DNA of 64,000 nt from Escherichia coli (GTDB lineage Bacteria; Pseudomonadota; Gammaproteobacteria; Enterobacterales; Enterobacteriaceae): NCBI RefSeq assembly GCF_024502345.1, contig NZ_JALDNN010000001.1; one strand, given 5' to 3'. The position numbers were made by a program, and so were the translations under genes. Shown here piece by piece: positions 15,191-30,191 of the stretch (within the stretch, counting starts at the first letter, position 1; each line of letters opens with the position of its first letter). The notes under the pieces were generated by a model that was not told where the DNA came from, searched no databases, and saw only the letters and a list, made by a program, of their open reading frames with translations.

Positions 15191-15550
15191 TTATCCACGT
15201 TTCAGTTTAAGCGCCAATGATAGAGCATTCTGTGATAGTGGATCATGGGGAAAGATCACATCGGGCTGTAAATCACCCGCATGCATACCGGTAATTGCGG
15301 GAATTTTTTGCGGTCGGGCGAAGACGGTCAGTCCTTTCATAAACAAGGTGTCGACGATGCGCTGCTGATCGTCCAGCGCGATGGCGACCACGACCCGCGG
15401 TTTAAAGCGCCCGCTGGAACGGCCCACGCCAACCCGCCCTTGCTGGCATAGTGTGTCGAAGGCACGGTTAAAACGAGAAATTTGCCAGCCGCCTAAGGCC
15501 AGTTGCGCACACCAGGCGATAACGGCGACGGTGATGAGTGCGGATACCAT
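15191..15550 (-). CDS. gutM: Sorbitol operon activator GutM
   Basis: 119-aa ORF between srlD and srlR. Confidence 0.8.
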   Translation of the reverse strand: MVSALITVAVIAWCAQLALGGWQISRFNRAFDTLCQQGRVGVGRSSGRFKPRVVVAIALDDQQRIVDTLFMKGLTVFARPQKIPAITGMHAGDLQPDVIFPHDPLSQNALSLALKLKRG

Positions 15551-15654
15551 AACTTTTCCTTAATGTAGTGGCGGAAGTCCTGTATGCCTGATGAGCGTAG
15601 CGCATCAGGCATTCTATAGTCTCACGGAGATCCTTAATGGATCTCCGCTGTTGA

Positions 15655-16809
<1,155 letters not shown>

Positions 16810-16819
16810 GTTTCAGCCT

Positions 16820-18357
<1,538 letters not shown>

Positions 18358-18594
18358 TTATTGTTTTATTACCAAACGGCAACCTAATCTAATCAGATTG
18401 AAAGATTTAAAAGTGTTATTTTGATCGCAAAATGAAAGATAAATATTTTAATTTGAAAGTTTGAGTAAAAGGATAGCGAGGAGAATGAGTTGAGTTATGT
18501 AAAGTCCGTATCGGGCAGTGACTACCGCTTCCTTGTGCGGGGCGTGATGCTTTACCATACTTGCCCCTGGTTGAATCTGTTAAATGGACCCCTC

Positions 18595-19680
18595 ATGTTC
18601 AAGCGTCGTTATGTAACATTGCTTCCCCTTTTTGTGTTGCTTGCCGCCTGTAGCAGCAAGCCAAAACCTACTGAGACTGAAACGACCACCGGAACGCCGT
18701 CTGGCGGCTTCCTGCTTGAGCCGCAGCACAATGTGATGCAGATGGGCGGTGACTTCGCCAATAACCCGAATGCCCAGCAGTTCATCGACAAAATGGTGAA
18801 CAAACACGGTTTCGATCGTCAGCAGTTGCAGGAAATTCTGTCCCAGGCGAAGCGTCTGGATTCGGTACTGCGGCTGATGGATAACCAGGCACCAACGACA
18901 TCGGTGAAACCGCCATCAGGTCCGAACGGCGCATGGCTGCGTTATCGCAAAAAATTTATTACGCCGGACAACGTGCAGAACGGTGTGGTTTTCTGGAATC
19001 AGTATGAAGATGCGTTGAATCGCGCGTGGCAGGTGTATGGCGTACCGCCGGAAATTATCGTCGGGATTATCGGCGTTGAAACCCGCTGGGGGCGCGTGAT
19101 GGGGAAAACTCGCATCCTCGATGCGCTGGCAACGCTGTCATTTAACTACCCACGCCGCGCGGAGTATTTCTCTGGCGAGCTGGAAACCTTCCTGTTGATG
19201 GCGCGCGACGAGCAGGACGATCCGCTCAATCTGAAAGGTTCCTTTGCCGGGGCGATGGGCTACGGACAGTTTATGCCGTCGTCTTACAAACAATATGCAG
19301 TGGATTTCAGCGGCGATGGGCATATCAACCTGTGGGATCCGGTTGATGCGATCGGTAGCGTGGCGAATTATTTCAAAGCGCACGGCTGGGTGAAAGGCGA
19401 TCAGGTCGCGGTAATGGCAAACGGTCAGGCTCCAGGCTTGCCAAATGGCTTCAAAACCAGGTACAGCATTTCGCAGCTTGCCGCGGCAGGTTTAACGCCA
19501 CAGCAGCCGCTGGGCAACCATCAACAAGCCAGCCTGCTGCGTCTGGATGTTGGAACAGGTTACCAGTACTGGTACGGTCTGCCGAACTTCTACACCATTA
19601 CCCGTTATAACCACAGTACCCATTACGCAATGGCGGTCTGGCAGTTAGGACAAGCCGTGGCGCTGGCGCGCGTGCAGTAA
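18595..19680 (+). CDS. mltB: Membrane-bound lytic murein transglycosylase B
   Basis: ORF 18490-19680; start set at MFKRRYVTLLPLFVLLAACSS (lipoprotein signal with lipobox LAAC); 361 aa. Confidence 0.85.
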   Translation: MFKRRYVTLLPLFVLLAACSSKPKPTETETTTGTPSGGFLLEPQHNVMQMGGDFANNPNAQQFIDKMVNKHGFDRQQLQEILSQAKRLDSVLRLMDNQAPTTSVKPPSGPNGAWLRYRKKFITPDNVQNGVVFWNQYEDALNRAWQVYGVPPEIIVGIIGVETRWGRVMGKTRILDALATLSFNYPRRAEYFSGELETFLLMARDEQDDPLNLKGSFAGAMGYGQFMPSSYKQYAVDFSGDGHINLWDPVDAIGSVANYFKAHGWVKGDQVAVMANGQAPGLPNGFKTRYSISQLAAAGLTPQQPLGNHQQASLLRLDVGTGYQYWYGLPNFYTITRYNHSTHYAMAVWQLGQAVALARVQ

Positions 19681-19824
19681 CTATTTGCAAGAGGGGGGCG
19701 TGAGCTTCCCTCTGGCTAATCAGCTTTTTTCTGAATCCTCCTCGTAAAATTGCAACGCCAACACCATCTTCCTGACGAAAGTGCTATCTTGTCCGGCATA
19801 AATTTTTGACTGACAGAGGTTGTG

Positions 19825-20318
19825 ATGACTGACAGTGAACTGATGCAGTTAAGCGAACAGGTTGGGCAGGCGCTGAAAGCCCGTGGCGCAACCGTAACAA
19901 CTGCTGAGTCTTGTACCGGCGGTTGGGTAGCGAAAGTGATTACCGATATTGCCGGTAGCTCCGCCTGGTTTGAACGCGGATTTGTCACCTACAGTAACGA
20001 AGCCAAAGCGCAGATGATCGGCGTACGCGAAGAGACGCTGGCGCAGCATGGCGCGGTGAGCGAACCCGTCGTGGTGGAAATGGCGATAGGCGCCCTGAAA
20101 GCGGCTCGTGCTGATTACGCCGTGTCTATTAGTGGTATCGCCGGGCCGGATGGCGGCAGTGAAGAGAAGCCTGTCGGCACCGTCTGGTTTGCTTTTGCCA
20201 CTGCCCGCGGTGAAGGCATTACCCGGCGGGAATGCTTCAGCGGCGACCGTGATGCGGTGCGCCGTCAGGCTACTGCGTATGCATTGCAGACCTTGTGGCA
20301 ACAATTTCTACAAAACAC

Positions 20319-20322
<4 letters not shown>
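19825..20322 (+). CDS. pncC: NMN amidohydrolase PncC (CinA-like)
   Basis: ORF 19822-20322 recognised as YgaD/PncC immediately upstream of recA. Confidence 0.8.
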
Positions 20323-21463
<1,141 letters not shown>

Positions 21464-21490
21464 TCGTTCGTTATTGATGATAATAGATAA

Positions 21491-21623
21491 TGTGTGCACG
21501 GACGGTCCCCTCGCCCCTTTGGGGAGAGGGTTAGGGTGAGGGGAACAGGCCAGCACTGGCGTGAAAAATTACTCTCACCTCGATCCTCTAACGAATTGGG
21601 CCTGCGGGAACATTCTGCACACT
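21491..21623. repeat. GC-rich miniature palindromic repeat within the recA-recX spacer
   Basis: Terminal inverted motifs TGTGTGCAC (21491-21499) and CTGCACAC (21616-21623); internal imperfect palindrome CCCCTCGCCCCTTTGGGGAGAGGG and G-runs GGGTTAGGGTGAGGGG. Confidence 0.5.
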
Positions 21624-21657
21624 CATTGACTATTAAATCTGTTTATCAGCAAAACCT

Positions 21658-21687
21658 GGGTCGCATCTGCGGCCCTTTTGCTTTTTT
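21658..21687 (+). terminator. recA rho-independent terminator (attenuates readthrough into recX)
   Basis: Hairpin GGGTCGCATCTGCGGCCC followed by TTTTGCTTTTTT. Confidence 0.8.
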
Positions 21688-21705
21688 AAGTTGTAAGGAT
21701 ATGCC

Positions 21706-22206
21706 ATGACAGAATCAACGTCCCGTCGCCCGGCATATGCTCGCCTGTTGGATCGTGCGGTACGCATTCTGGCGGTGCGCGATCACAGTGAGCAAGAACT
21801 GCGACGTAAACTCGCGGCACCGATTATGGGCAAAAATGGCCCAGAAGAGATTGATGCTACGGCAGAAGATTACGAGCGCGTTATTGCCTGGTGCCATGAA
21901 CATGGCTATCTCGATGACAGCCGATTTGTGGCGCGCTTTATCGCCAGCCGTAGCAGCAAAGGTTATGGACCTGCGCGTATTCGCCAGGAACTGAATCAGA
22001 AAGGTATTTCCCGCGAAGCGACAGAAAAAGCGATGCGTGAATGTGACATCGACTGGTGCGCACTGGCGCGCGATCAGGCGACGCGAAAATATGGTGAACC
22101 TTTGCCAACTGTCTTTTCAGAAAAAGTTAAGATCCAGCGTTTTCTGCTCTATCGTGGCTATCTGATGGAAGATATCCAGGATATTTGGCGAAATTTTGCC
22201 GACTGA
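21706..22206 (+). CDS. recX: RecA regulator RecX
   Basis: 166-aa ORF downstream of recA recognised as RecX (OraA). Confidence 0.9.
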   Translation: MTESTSRRPAYARLLDRAVRILAVRDHSEQELRRKLAAPIMGKNGPEEIDATAEDYERVIAWCHEHGYLDDSRFVARFIASRSSKGYGPARIRQELNQKGISREATEKAMRECDIDWCALARDQATRKYGEPLPTVFSEKVKIQRFLLYRGYLMEDIQDIWRNFAD

Positions 22207-22333
22207 ACGCATACGGTATTTTACTTCCCAGTCAAGAAAACTTATCTTATTCCCACTTTTCAGTTACCAGCCCGGCGGTTAAGACACGCTGGAGCTGGTG
22301 GCGATATTTCGTTAGCTTGATTTCAGGATAATT

Positions 22334-24964
22334 ATGAGCAAGAGCACCGCTGAGATCCGTCAGGCGTTTCTCGACTTTTTCCATAGTAAGGGACATCAGG
22401 TAGTTGCCAGCAGCTCCCTGGTACCCCATAACGACCCAACTTTGTTGTTTACCAACGCCGGGATGAACCAGTTCAAGGATGTGTTCCTTGGGCTCGACAA
22501 GCGTAATTATTCCCGCGCTACCACTTCCCAACGCTGCGTGCGTGCGGGTGGTAAACACAACGACCTGGAAAACGTCGGTTACACCGCGCGTCACCATACC
22601 TTCTTCGAAATGCTGGGCAACTTCAGCTTCGGCGACTATTTCAAACACGATGCCATTCAGTTTGCATGGGAACTGCTGACCAGCGAAAAATGGTTTGCCC
22701 TGCCGAAAGAGCGTCTGTGGGTTACCGTCTATGAAAGCGACGACGAAGCCTACGAAATCTGGGAAAAAGAAGTAGGGATCCCGCGCGAACGTATTATTCG
22801 CATCGGCGATAACAAAGGTGCGCCATACGCATCTGACAACTTCTGGCAGATGGGTGACACTGGTCCGTGCGGCCCGTGCACCGAAATCTTCTACGATCAC
22901 GGCGACCACATTTGGGGTGGCCCTCCGGGAAGTCCGGAAGAAGACGGCGACCGCTACATTGAGATCTGGAACATCGTCTTCATGCAGTTCAACCGCCAGG
23001 CCGATGGCACGATGGAACCGCTGCCGAAGCCGTCTGTAGATACCGGTATGGGTCTGGAGCGTATTGCTGCGGTGCTGCAACACGTTAACTCTAACTATGA
23101 CATCGACCTGTTCCGCACGTTGATCCAGGCGGTAGCGAAAGTCACTGGCGCAACCGATCTGAGCAATAAATCGCTGCGCGTAATCGCTGACCACATTCGT
23201 TCTTGTGCGTTCCTGATCGCGGATGGCGTAATGCCGTCCAATGAAAACCGTGGTTATGTACTGCGTCGTATCATTCGTCGCGCAGTGCGTCACGGTAATA
23301 TGCTCGGCGCGAAAGAAACCTTCTTCTACAAACTGGTTGGTCCGCTGATCGACGTTATGGGCTCTGCGGGTGAAGACCTGAAACGCCAGCAGGCGCAGGT
23401 TGAGCAGGTGCTGAAGACTGAAGAAGAGCAGTTTGCTCGTACTCTGGAGCGCGGTCTGGCGTTGCTGGATGAAGAGCTGGCAAAACTTTCTGGTGATACG
23501 CTGGATGGTGAAACTGCTTTCCGTCTGTACGACACCTATGGCTTCCCGGTTGACCTGACGGCTGATGTTTGTCGTGAGCGCAACATCAAAGTTGACGAAG
23601 CTGGTTTTGAAGCAGCAATGGAAGAGCAGCGTCGTCGGGCGCGCGAAGCCAGCGGCTTTGGTGCCGATTACAACGCAATGATCCGTGTTGACAGTGCATC
23701 TGAATTTAAAGGCTATGACCATCTGGAACTGAACGGCAAAGTGACCGCGCTGTTTGTTGATGGTAAAGCGGTTGATGCCATCAATGCAGGCCAGGAAGCT
23801 GTGGTCGTGCTGGATCAAACGCCATTCTATGCGGAATCCGGCGGTCAGGTTGGTGATAAAGGCGAACTGAAAGGCGCTAACTTCTCCTTCGTGGTGGAAG
23901 ATACGCAGAAATACGGCCAGGCGATTGGTCACATCGGTAAACTTGCTGCGGGTTCTCTGAAAGTGGGCGACGCTGTGCAGGCTGATGTTGATGAGGCTCG
24001 TCGCGCCCGTATTCGTCTGAATCACTCCGCAACGCACCTGATGCACGCTGCGCTGCGCCAGGTTCTGGGTACTCATGTATCGCAGAAAGGTTCACTGGTT
24101 AACGACAAGGTGCTGCGCTTCGACTTCTCACACAACGAAGCGATGAAACCAGAAGAGATTCGTGCGGTCGAAGACCTGGTGAACGCACAGATTCGTCGCA
24201 ATTTGCCGATCGAAACCAACATCATGGATCTCGAAGCGGCGAAAGCGAAAGGTGCGATGGCGCTGTTCGGCGAGAAGTATGATGAGCGCGTACGCGTGCT
24301 GAGCATGGGCGATTTCTCCACCGAGCTGTGTGGCGGTACTCACGCCAGCCGCACTGGTGATATTGGTCTGTTCCGCATCATCTCTGAATCGGGTACTGCT
24401 GCAGGCGTTCGTCGTATCGAAGCGGTAACCGGAGAAGGTGCTATCGCCACCGTTCATGCAGACAGCGATCGCTTAAGCGAAGTCGCACATCTGCTGAAAG
24501 GCGATAGCAATAATCTGGCTGATAAAGTGCGCTCAGTACTGGAACGTACGCGTCAGTTAGAAAAAGAACTACAACAGCTTAAAGAACAAGCTGCCGCACA
24601 GGAGAGCGCAAATCTTTCCAGTAAGGCAATTGATGTTAATGGTGTTAAGCTGTTGGTTAGCGAGCTTAGCGGTGTTGAGCCGAAAATGTTGCGTACCATG
24701 GTTGACGATTTAAAAAATCAGCTGGGGTCGACAATTATCGTGCTGGCAACGGTAGCCGAAGGTAAGGTTTCTCTGATTGCAGGCGTATCTAAGGACGTCA
24801 CAGATCGTGTGAAAGCAGGGGAACTGATTGGTATGGTCGCTCAGCAGGTGGGCGGCAAGGGTGGTGGACGTCCTGACATGGCGCAAGCCGGTGGTACGGA
24901 TGCTGCGGCCTTACCTGCAGCGTTAGCCAGTGTGAAAGGCTGGGTCAGCGCGAAATTGCAATAA
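22334..24964 (+). CDS. alaS: Alanine--tRNA ligase AlaS
   Basis: 876-aa ORF starting [24 protein letters not shown], the class II AlaRS N-terminus; the 609-aa antisense ORF is rejected. Confidence 0.97.
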   Translation: MSKSTAEIRQAFLDFFHSKGHQVVASSSLVPHNDPTLLFTNAGMNQFKDVFLGLDKRNYSRATTSQRCVRAGGKHNDLENVGYTARHHTFFEMLGNFSFGDYFKHDAIQFAWELLTSEKWFALPKERLWVTVYESDDEAYEIWEKEVGIPRERIIRIGDNKGAPYASDNFWQMGDTGPCGPCTEIFYDHGDHIWGGPPGSPEEDGDRYIEIWNIVFMQFNRQADGTMEPLPKPSVDTGMGLERIAAVLQHVNSNYDIDLFRTLIQAVAKVTGATDLSNKSLRVIADHIRSCAFLIADGVMPSNENRGYVLRRIIRRAVRHGNMLGAKETFFYKLVGPLIDVMGSAGEDLKRQQAQVEQVLKTEEEQFARTLERGLALLDEELAKLSGDTLDGETAFRLYDTYGFPVDLTADVCRERNIKVDEAGFEAAMEEQRRRAREASGFGADYNAMIRVDSASEFKGYDHLELNGKVTALFVDGKAVDAINAGQEAVVVLDQTPFYAESGGQVGDKGELKGANFSFVVEDTQKYGQAIGHIGKLAAGSLKVGDAVQADVDEARRARIRLNHSATHLMHAALRQVLGTHVSQKGSLVNDKVLRFDFSHNEAMKPEEIRAVEDLVNAQIRRNLPIETNIMDLEAAKAKGAMALFGEKYDERVRVLSMGDFSTELCGGTHASRTGDIGLFRIISESGTAAGVRRIEAVTGEGAIATVHADSDRLSEVAHLLKGDSNNLADKVRSVLERTRQLEKELQQLKEQAAAQESANLSSKAIDVNGVKLLVSELSGVEPKMLRTMVDDLKNQLGSTIIVLATVAEGKVSLIAGVSKDVTDRVKAGELIGMVAQQVGGKGGGRPDMAQAGGTDAAALPAALASVKGWVSAKLQ

Positions 24965-25198
24965 TATAAGCGTCAGGCAATGCCGTGGACTCGCTTCACG
25001 GCATTCGCATTAACGCTATCGACAACGATAAAGTCAGGTTGAAGTTGTGTATATCGGCTAAACTTAGGTTTAACAGAATGTAATGCCATGACTGCTTAGA
25101 TGTAATGTGTTTGTCATTGCTTACTTTTTGGCGTTATATGATGGATAATGCCGGGATACAGAGAGACCCGACTCTTTTAATCTTTCAAGGAGCAAAGA

Positions 25199-25384
25199 AT
25201 GCTGATTCTGACTCGTCGAGTTGGTGAGACCCTCATGATTGGGGATGAGGTCACCGTGACAGTTTTAGGGGTAAAGGGCAACCAGGTACGTATTGGCGTA
25301 AATGCCCCGAAGGAAGTTTCTGTTCACCGTGAAGAGATCTACCAGCGTATCCAGGCTGAAAAATCCCAGCAGTCCAGTTACTAA
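25199..25384 (+). CDS. csrA: Carbon storage regulator CsrA
   Basis: 61-aa [51 protein letters not shown]... is canonical CsrA. Confidence 0.97.
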
Positions 25385-25699
25385 TCTTTCCGCGTCTCAT
25401 CTTTATCGGTGAGACGCACCCTCAAAATTTCTCCTTCACTCTATAGTCTTTTCGCTTTACTCCCGTTCATTCAACTTAAGTCTCCATTTTTTTACATTAC
25501 TGCTATCTGTCAGACCTCCGTTTTTCTGTTGATAAAACACTCTTTTTGACGTTTTTACAGACTAATTGAGCGTGAAGTGTGCAAACGATAAAAGTGTGGG
25601 AAAAATTGTTTGACTTATAAGTCTCAGAAAGTAATATGTGCGCCACGCAGCGACGATGAGCGATAAACAAGTTCTTCGAAGCACTCGTAAGAGGCGTGT

Positions 25700-25792
25700 G
25701 GTGAGGTGGCCGAGAGGCTGAAGGCGCTCCCCTGCTAAGGGAGTATGCGGTCAAAAGCTGCATCCGGGGTTCGAATCCCCGCCTCACCGCCA
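25700..25792 (+). tRNA. serV: tRNA-Ser (anticodon GCU)
   Basis: 93-nt cloverleaf GGTGAGGTGGCCGAGAGG...CGCCTCACCGCCA with long variable arm and anticodon loop CCTGCTAAG. Confidence 0.9.
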
Positions 25793-25795
25793 TTT

Positions 25796-25872
25796 GCATC
25801 CGTAGCTCAGCTGGATAGAGTACTCGGCTACGAACCGAGCGGTCGGAGGTTCGAATCCTCCCGGATGCACCA
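25796..25872 (+). tRNA. argV: tRNA-Arg (anticodon ACG)
   Basis: 77-nt GCATCCGTAGCTCAGCTGGATAGAGTACTCGGCTACGAACCGAGCGGTCGGAGGTTCGAATCCTCCCGGATGCACCA. Confidence 0.9.
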
Positions 25873-26007
25873 TATTCTCCGTAACCTTCAGCGATGAAGG
25901 TATGGAAGAGGTGGCGGTACTAACCGCAGGCACCAGGGAGAATAACGTTGCTTTAGCAACGGCCCGAAGGGCGAGCCGCAAGGCGAGTAATCCTCCCGGA
26001 TGCACCA
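25873..26007 (+). repeat. Structured spacer element ending in a tRNA-Arg 3-prime-end mimic (copy 1)
   Basis: 135-nt unit starting TATTCTCCG with four short hairpins and ending GAGTAATCCTCCCGGATGCACCA, duplicating the 3-prime terminus of the upstream tRNA-Arg. Confidence 0.7.
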
Positions 26008-26071
26008 TCTCTTACTTGATACGGCTTTAGTAGCGGTATCAAAAAATCTGCAGTAAAGTAAGTTTCCCGAT

Positions 26072-26148
26072 GCATCCGTAGCTCAGCTGGATAGAGTACT
26101 CGGCTACGAACCGAGCGGTCGGAGGTTCGAATCCTCCCGGATGCACCA
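26072..26148 (+). tRNA. argY: tRNA-Arg (anticodon ACG)
   Basis: Identical 77-nt tRNA-Arg sequence, second copy. Confidence 0.9.
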
Positions 26149-26210
26149 TCTCTTACTTGATATGGCTTTAGTAGCGGTATCAATATCAGCAGTAAAATAA
26201 ATTTCCCGAT

Positions 26211-26287
26211 GCATCCGTAGCTCAGCTGGATAGAGTACTCGGCTACGAACCGAGCGGTCGGAGGTTCGAATCCTCCCGGATGCACCA
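26211..26287 (+). tRNA. argZ: tRNA-Arg (anticodon ACG)
   Basis: Identical 77-nt tRNA-Arg sequence, third copy. Confidence 0.9.
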
Positions 26288-26422
26288 TATTCTCCGAAAT
26301 CTTCAGCAATGAAGATATCGAAGAGGTAGCGGAATTAACCGCAGGCACCAGGGAGGATAACGTTGCGCCAGCAACGGCCCGAAGGGCGAGCCGCAAGGCG
26401 AGTAATCCTCCCGGATGCACCA
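26288..26422 (+). repeat. Structured spacer element ending in a tRNA-Arg 3-prime-end mimic (copy 2)
   Basis: Same 135-nt unit after argZ with a few substitutions. Confidence 0.7.
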
Positions 26423-26485
26423 TCTCTTACTTGATATGGCTTTAGTAGCGATATCAATATCAGCAGTAAAATAAATTTTCCCGAT

Positions 26486-26562
26486 GCATCCGTAGCTCAG
26501 CTGGATAGAGTACTCGGCTACGAACCGAGCGGTCGGAGGTTCGAATCCTCCCGGATGCACCA
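26486..26562 (+). tRNA. argQ: tRNA-Arg (anticodon ACG)
   Basis: Identical 77-nt tRNA-Arg sequence, fourth copy. Confidence 0.9.
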
Positions 26563-26695
26563 TATTCTCCGAAATCTTCAGCAATGAAGATATCGAAGAG
26601 GTAGCGGAATTAACCGCAGGCACCAGGAAGGATAACGTTGCTTTAGCAACGGCCCGAAGGGCGAACGCCAGTGAGTCATCCTCCCGGATGCACCA
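26563..26695 (+). repeat. Structured spacer element ending in a tRNA-Arg 3-prime-end mimic (copy 3)
   Basis: Same unit after argQ; ends GTGAGTCATCCTCCCGGATGCACCA although no tRNA follows. Confidence 0.7.
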
Positions 26696-26842
26696 TCTTC
26701 TCCAAAAAATTTCCTTCAAAAATATCTCATTTTTAAATAACTACTTTATCCATTTCCTGAATTTTCTTCTCCTTCGCCATCAGCGACAAAATCAAGCAAT
26801 TACGCTAAAGTAGCGTCATATTTTTCGACTTGCGAGAAGACC

Positions 26843-27409
26843 ATGTACGAGCGTTATGCAGGTTTAATTTTTGATATGGATGGCACAATCCTGGATACGG
26901 AGCCTACGCACCGTAAAGCGTGGCGCGAAGTATTAGGGCACTACGGTCTTCAGTACGATGTTCAGGCGATGATTGCGCTTAATGGATCGCCCACCTGGCG
27001 TATTACTCAGGCAATTATTGAGCTGAATCAGGCCGATCTCGACCCGCATGCGTTAGCGCGTGAAAAAACAGAAGCAGTAAGAAGTATGCTGCTGGATAGT
27101 GTCGAGCCGCTTCCTCTTGTTGAAGTGGTGAAAAGTTGGCATGGACGTCGGTCAATGGCGGTAGGAACGGGGAGTGAAAGCGCCATCGCTGAGGCATTGC
27201 TGGCTCACCTGGGATTACGCCGTTATTTTGACGCCGTCGTCGCTGCCGATCACGTCAAACACCATAAACCCGCGCCAGACACATTTTTGTTGTGCGCGCA
27301 GCGTATGGGCGTGCAACCGACGCAGTGTGTGGTCTTTGAAGATGCCGATTTCGGTATTCAGGCGGCCCGTGCAGCAGGCATGGACGCTGTGGATGTTCGC
27401 TTGCTGTGA
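26843..27409 (+). CDS. yqaB: HAD-family sugar phosphatase YqaB
   Basis: 188-aa ORF with HAD motif I FDMDGT. Confidence 0.85.
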   Translation: MYERYAGLIFDMDGTILDTEPTHRKAWREVLGHYGLQYDVQAMIALNGSPTWRITQAIIELNQADLDPHALAREKTEAVRSMLLDSVEPLPLVEVVKSWHGRRSMAVGTGSESAIAEALLAHLGLRRYFDAVVAADHVKHHKPAPDTFLLCAQRMGVQPTQCVVFEDADFGIQAARAAGMDAVDVRLL

Positions 27410-27834
27410 GTGAAGCGTTATCGCTTTTCTCGTTGTTTGCCAGTAGTTTTCTCAGCGCTACACTATTACCCGGCAACTCCGAAGTCGTGCTGGTGGCAAT
27501 GTTGCTTTCCGGGATCAGTCATCCCTGGGTTTTAGTTTTAACAGCAACAATGGGTAATAGCCTTGGAGGGTTAACTAACGTTATCCTTGGGCGTTTCTTT
27601 CCATTGCGTAAAACATCGCGCTGGCAAGAGAAAGCTACCGGCTGGCTGAAACGCTATGGTGCAGTCACGCTATTATTAAGCTGGATGCCCGTGGTTGGCG
27701 ATTTACTGTGTCTGTTAGCGGGATGGATGCGCATCTCCTGGGGGCCGGTAATCTTTTTTTTGTGCCTTGGTAAAGCGTTACGCTATGTTGCAGTTGCAGC
27801 AGCGACCGTTCAGGGCATGATGTGGTGGCACTAA
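27406..27834 (+). CDS. yqaA: DedA/SNARE-associated family inner membrane protein YqaA
   Basis: 142-aa hydrophobic ORF overlapping the yqaB stop. Confidence 0.8.
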   Translation: MSEALSLFSLFASSFLSATLLPGNSEVVLVAMLLSGISHPWVLVLTATMGNSLGGLTNVILGRFFPLRKTSRWQEKATGWLKRYGAVTLLLSWMPVVGDLLCLLAGWMRISWGPVIFFLCLGKALRYVAVAAATVQGMMWWH

Positions 27835-27879
27835 TTGTAGGCCTGCACATATGGTCACCATTACAGTTATGCTAATTAA

Positions 27880-29463
<1,584 letters not shown>

Positions 29464-29471
29464 CAGAAAAG

Positions 29472-29544
29472 AAAAAGGCCACTCGTGAGTGGCCAAAATT
29501 TCATCTCTGAATTCAGGGATGATGATAACAAATGCGCGTCTTTC
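29472..29544 (-). ncRNA. micA: Hfq-dependent sRNA MicA (SraD)
   Basis: Reverse complement reads GAAAGACGCGCATTTGTTATCATCATCCCTGAATTCAGAGATGAAATTTTGGCCACTCACGAGTGGCCTTTTT, matching MicA as I recall it, with its terminator hairpin. Confidence 0.9.
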
Positions 29545-29612
29545 ATATACTCAGACTCGCCTGGGAAGAAAGAGTTCAGAAAATTTTTAAAAAAATTACC
29601 GGAGGTGGCTAA

Positions 29613-30128
29613 ATGCCGTTGTTAGATAGCTTCACAGTCGATCATACCCGGATGGAAGCGCCTGCAGTTCGGGTGGCGAAAACAATGAACACCCCGCATG
29701 GCGACGCAATCACCGTGTTCGATCTGCGCTTCTGCGTGCCGAACAAAGAAGTGATGCCAGAAAGAGGGATCCATACCCTGGAGCACCTGTTTGCTGGTTT
29801 TATGCGTAACCATCTTAACGGTAATGGTGTAGAGATTATCGATATCTCGCCAATGGGCTGCCGCACCGGTTTTTATATGAGTCTGATTGGTACGCCAGAT
29901 GAGCAGCGTGTTGCTGATGCCTGGAAAGCGGCAATGGAAGACGTGCTGAAAGTGCAGGATCAGAATCAGATCCCGGAACTGAACGTCTACCAGTGTGGCA
30001 CTTACCAGATGCACTCGTTGCAGGAAGCACAGGATATTGCGCGTAGCATTCTGGAACGTGACGTGCGCATCAACAGCAACGAAGAACTGGCGCTGCCGAA
30101 AGAGAAGTTGCAGGAACTGCACATTTAG
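29613..30128 (+). CDS. luxS: S-ribosylhomocysteine lyase LuxS
   Basis: 171-aa [26 protein letters not shown]... with the HTLEH metal-binding motif. Confidence 0.95.
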
Positions 30129-30154
30129 TCAGTAAACTATCTTCACAATTAATT

Positions 30155-30185
30155 GAAAAAAGCCAGTTCAAATGAACTGGCTTAG
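30155..30185. terminator. Bidirectional terminator between luxS and emrB
   Basis: Perfect 10-bp stem AGCCAGTTCA/TGAACTGGCT flanked by an A-run, giving a T-run on the emrB strand. Confidence 0.7.
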
Positions 30186-30191
30186 TTGTAC

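Noticed and set aside
21494-21709. 71-aa ORF in the recA-recX spacer
   Set aside because: It spans the GC-rich repeat and the recA terminator hairpin, has no RBS, and ends at the recX start; it is most likely non-coding.
22247-24076. 609-aa minus-strand ORF antisense to alaS
   Set aside because: It overlaps the unmistakable alaS coding frame on the plus strand; its Arg/His/Val-rich composition is typical of an antisense reading of a real gene.
25503-26719. Minus-strand ORFs of 74-156 aa overlapping the serV-arg tRNA array
   Set aside because: They lie antisense across tRNA genes and repeated spacers and repeat the same peptide ([26 protein letters not shown]) simply because the tRNA sequence is repeated; no RBS context; classic tRNA-array translation artefact.
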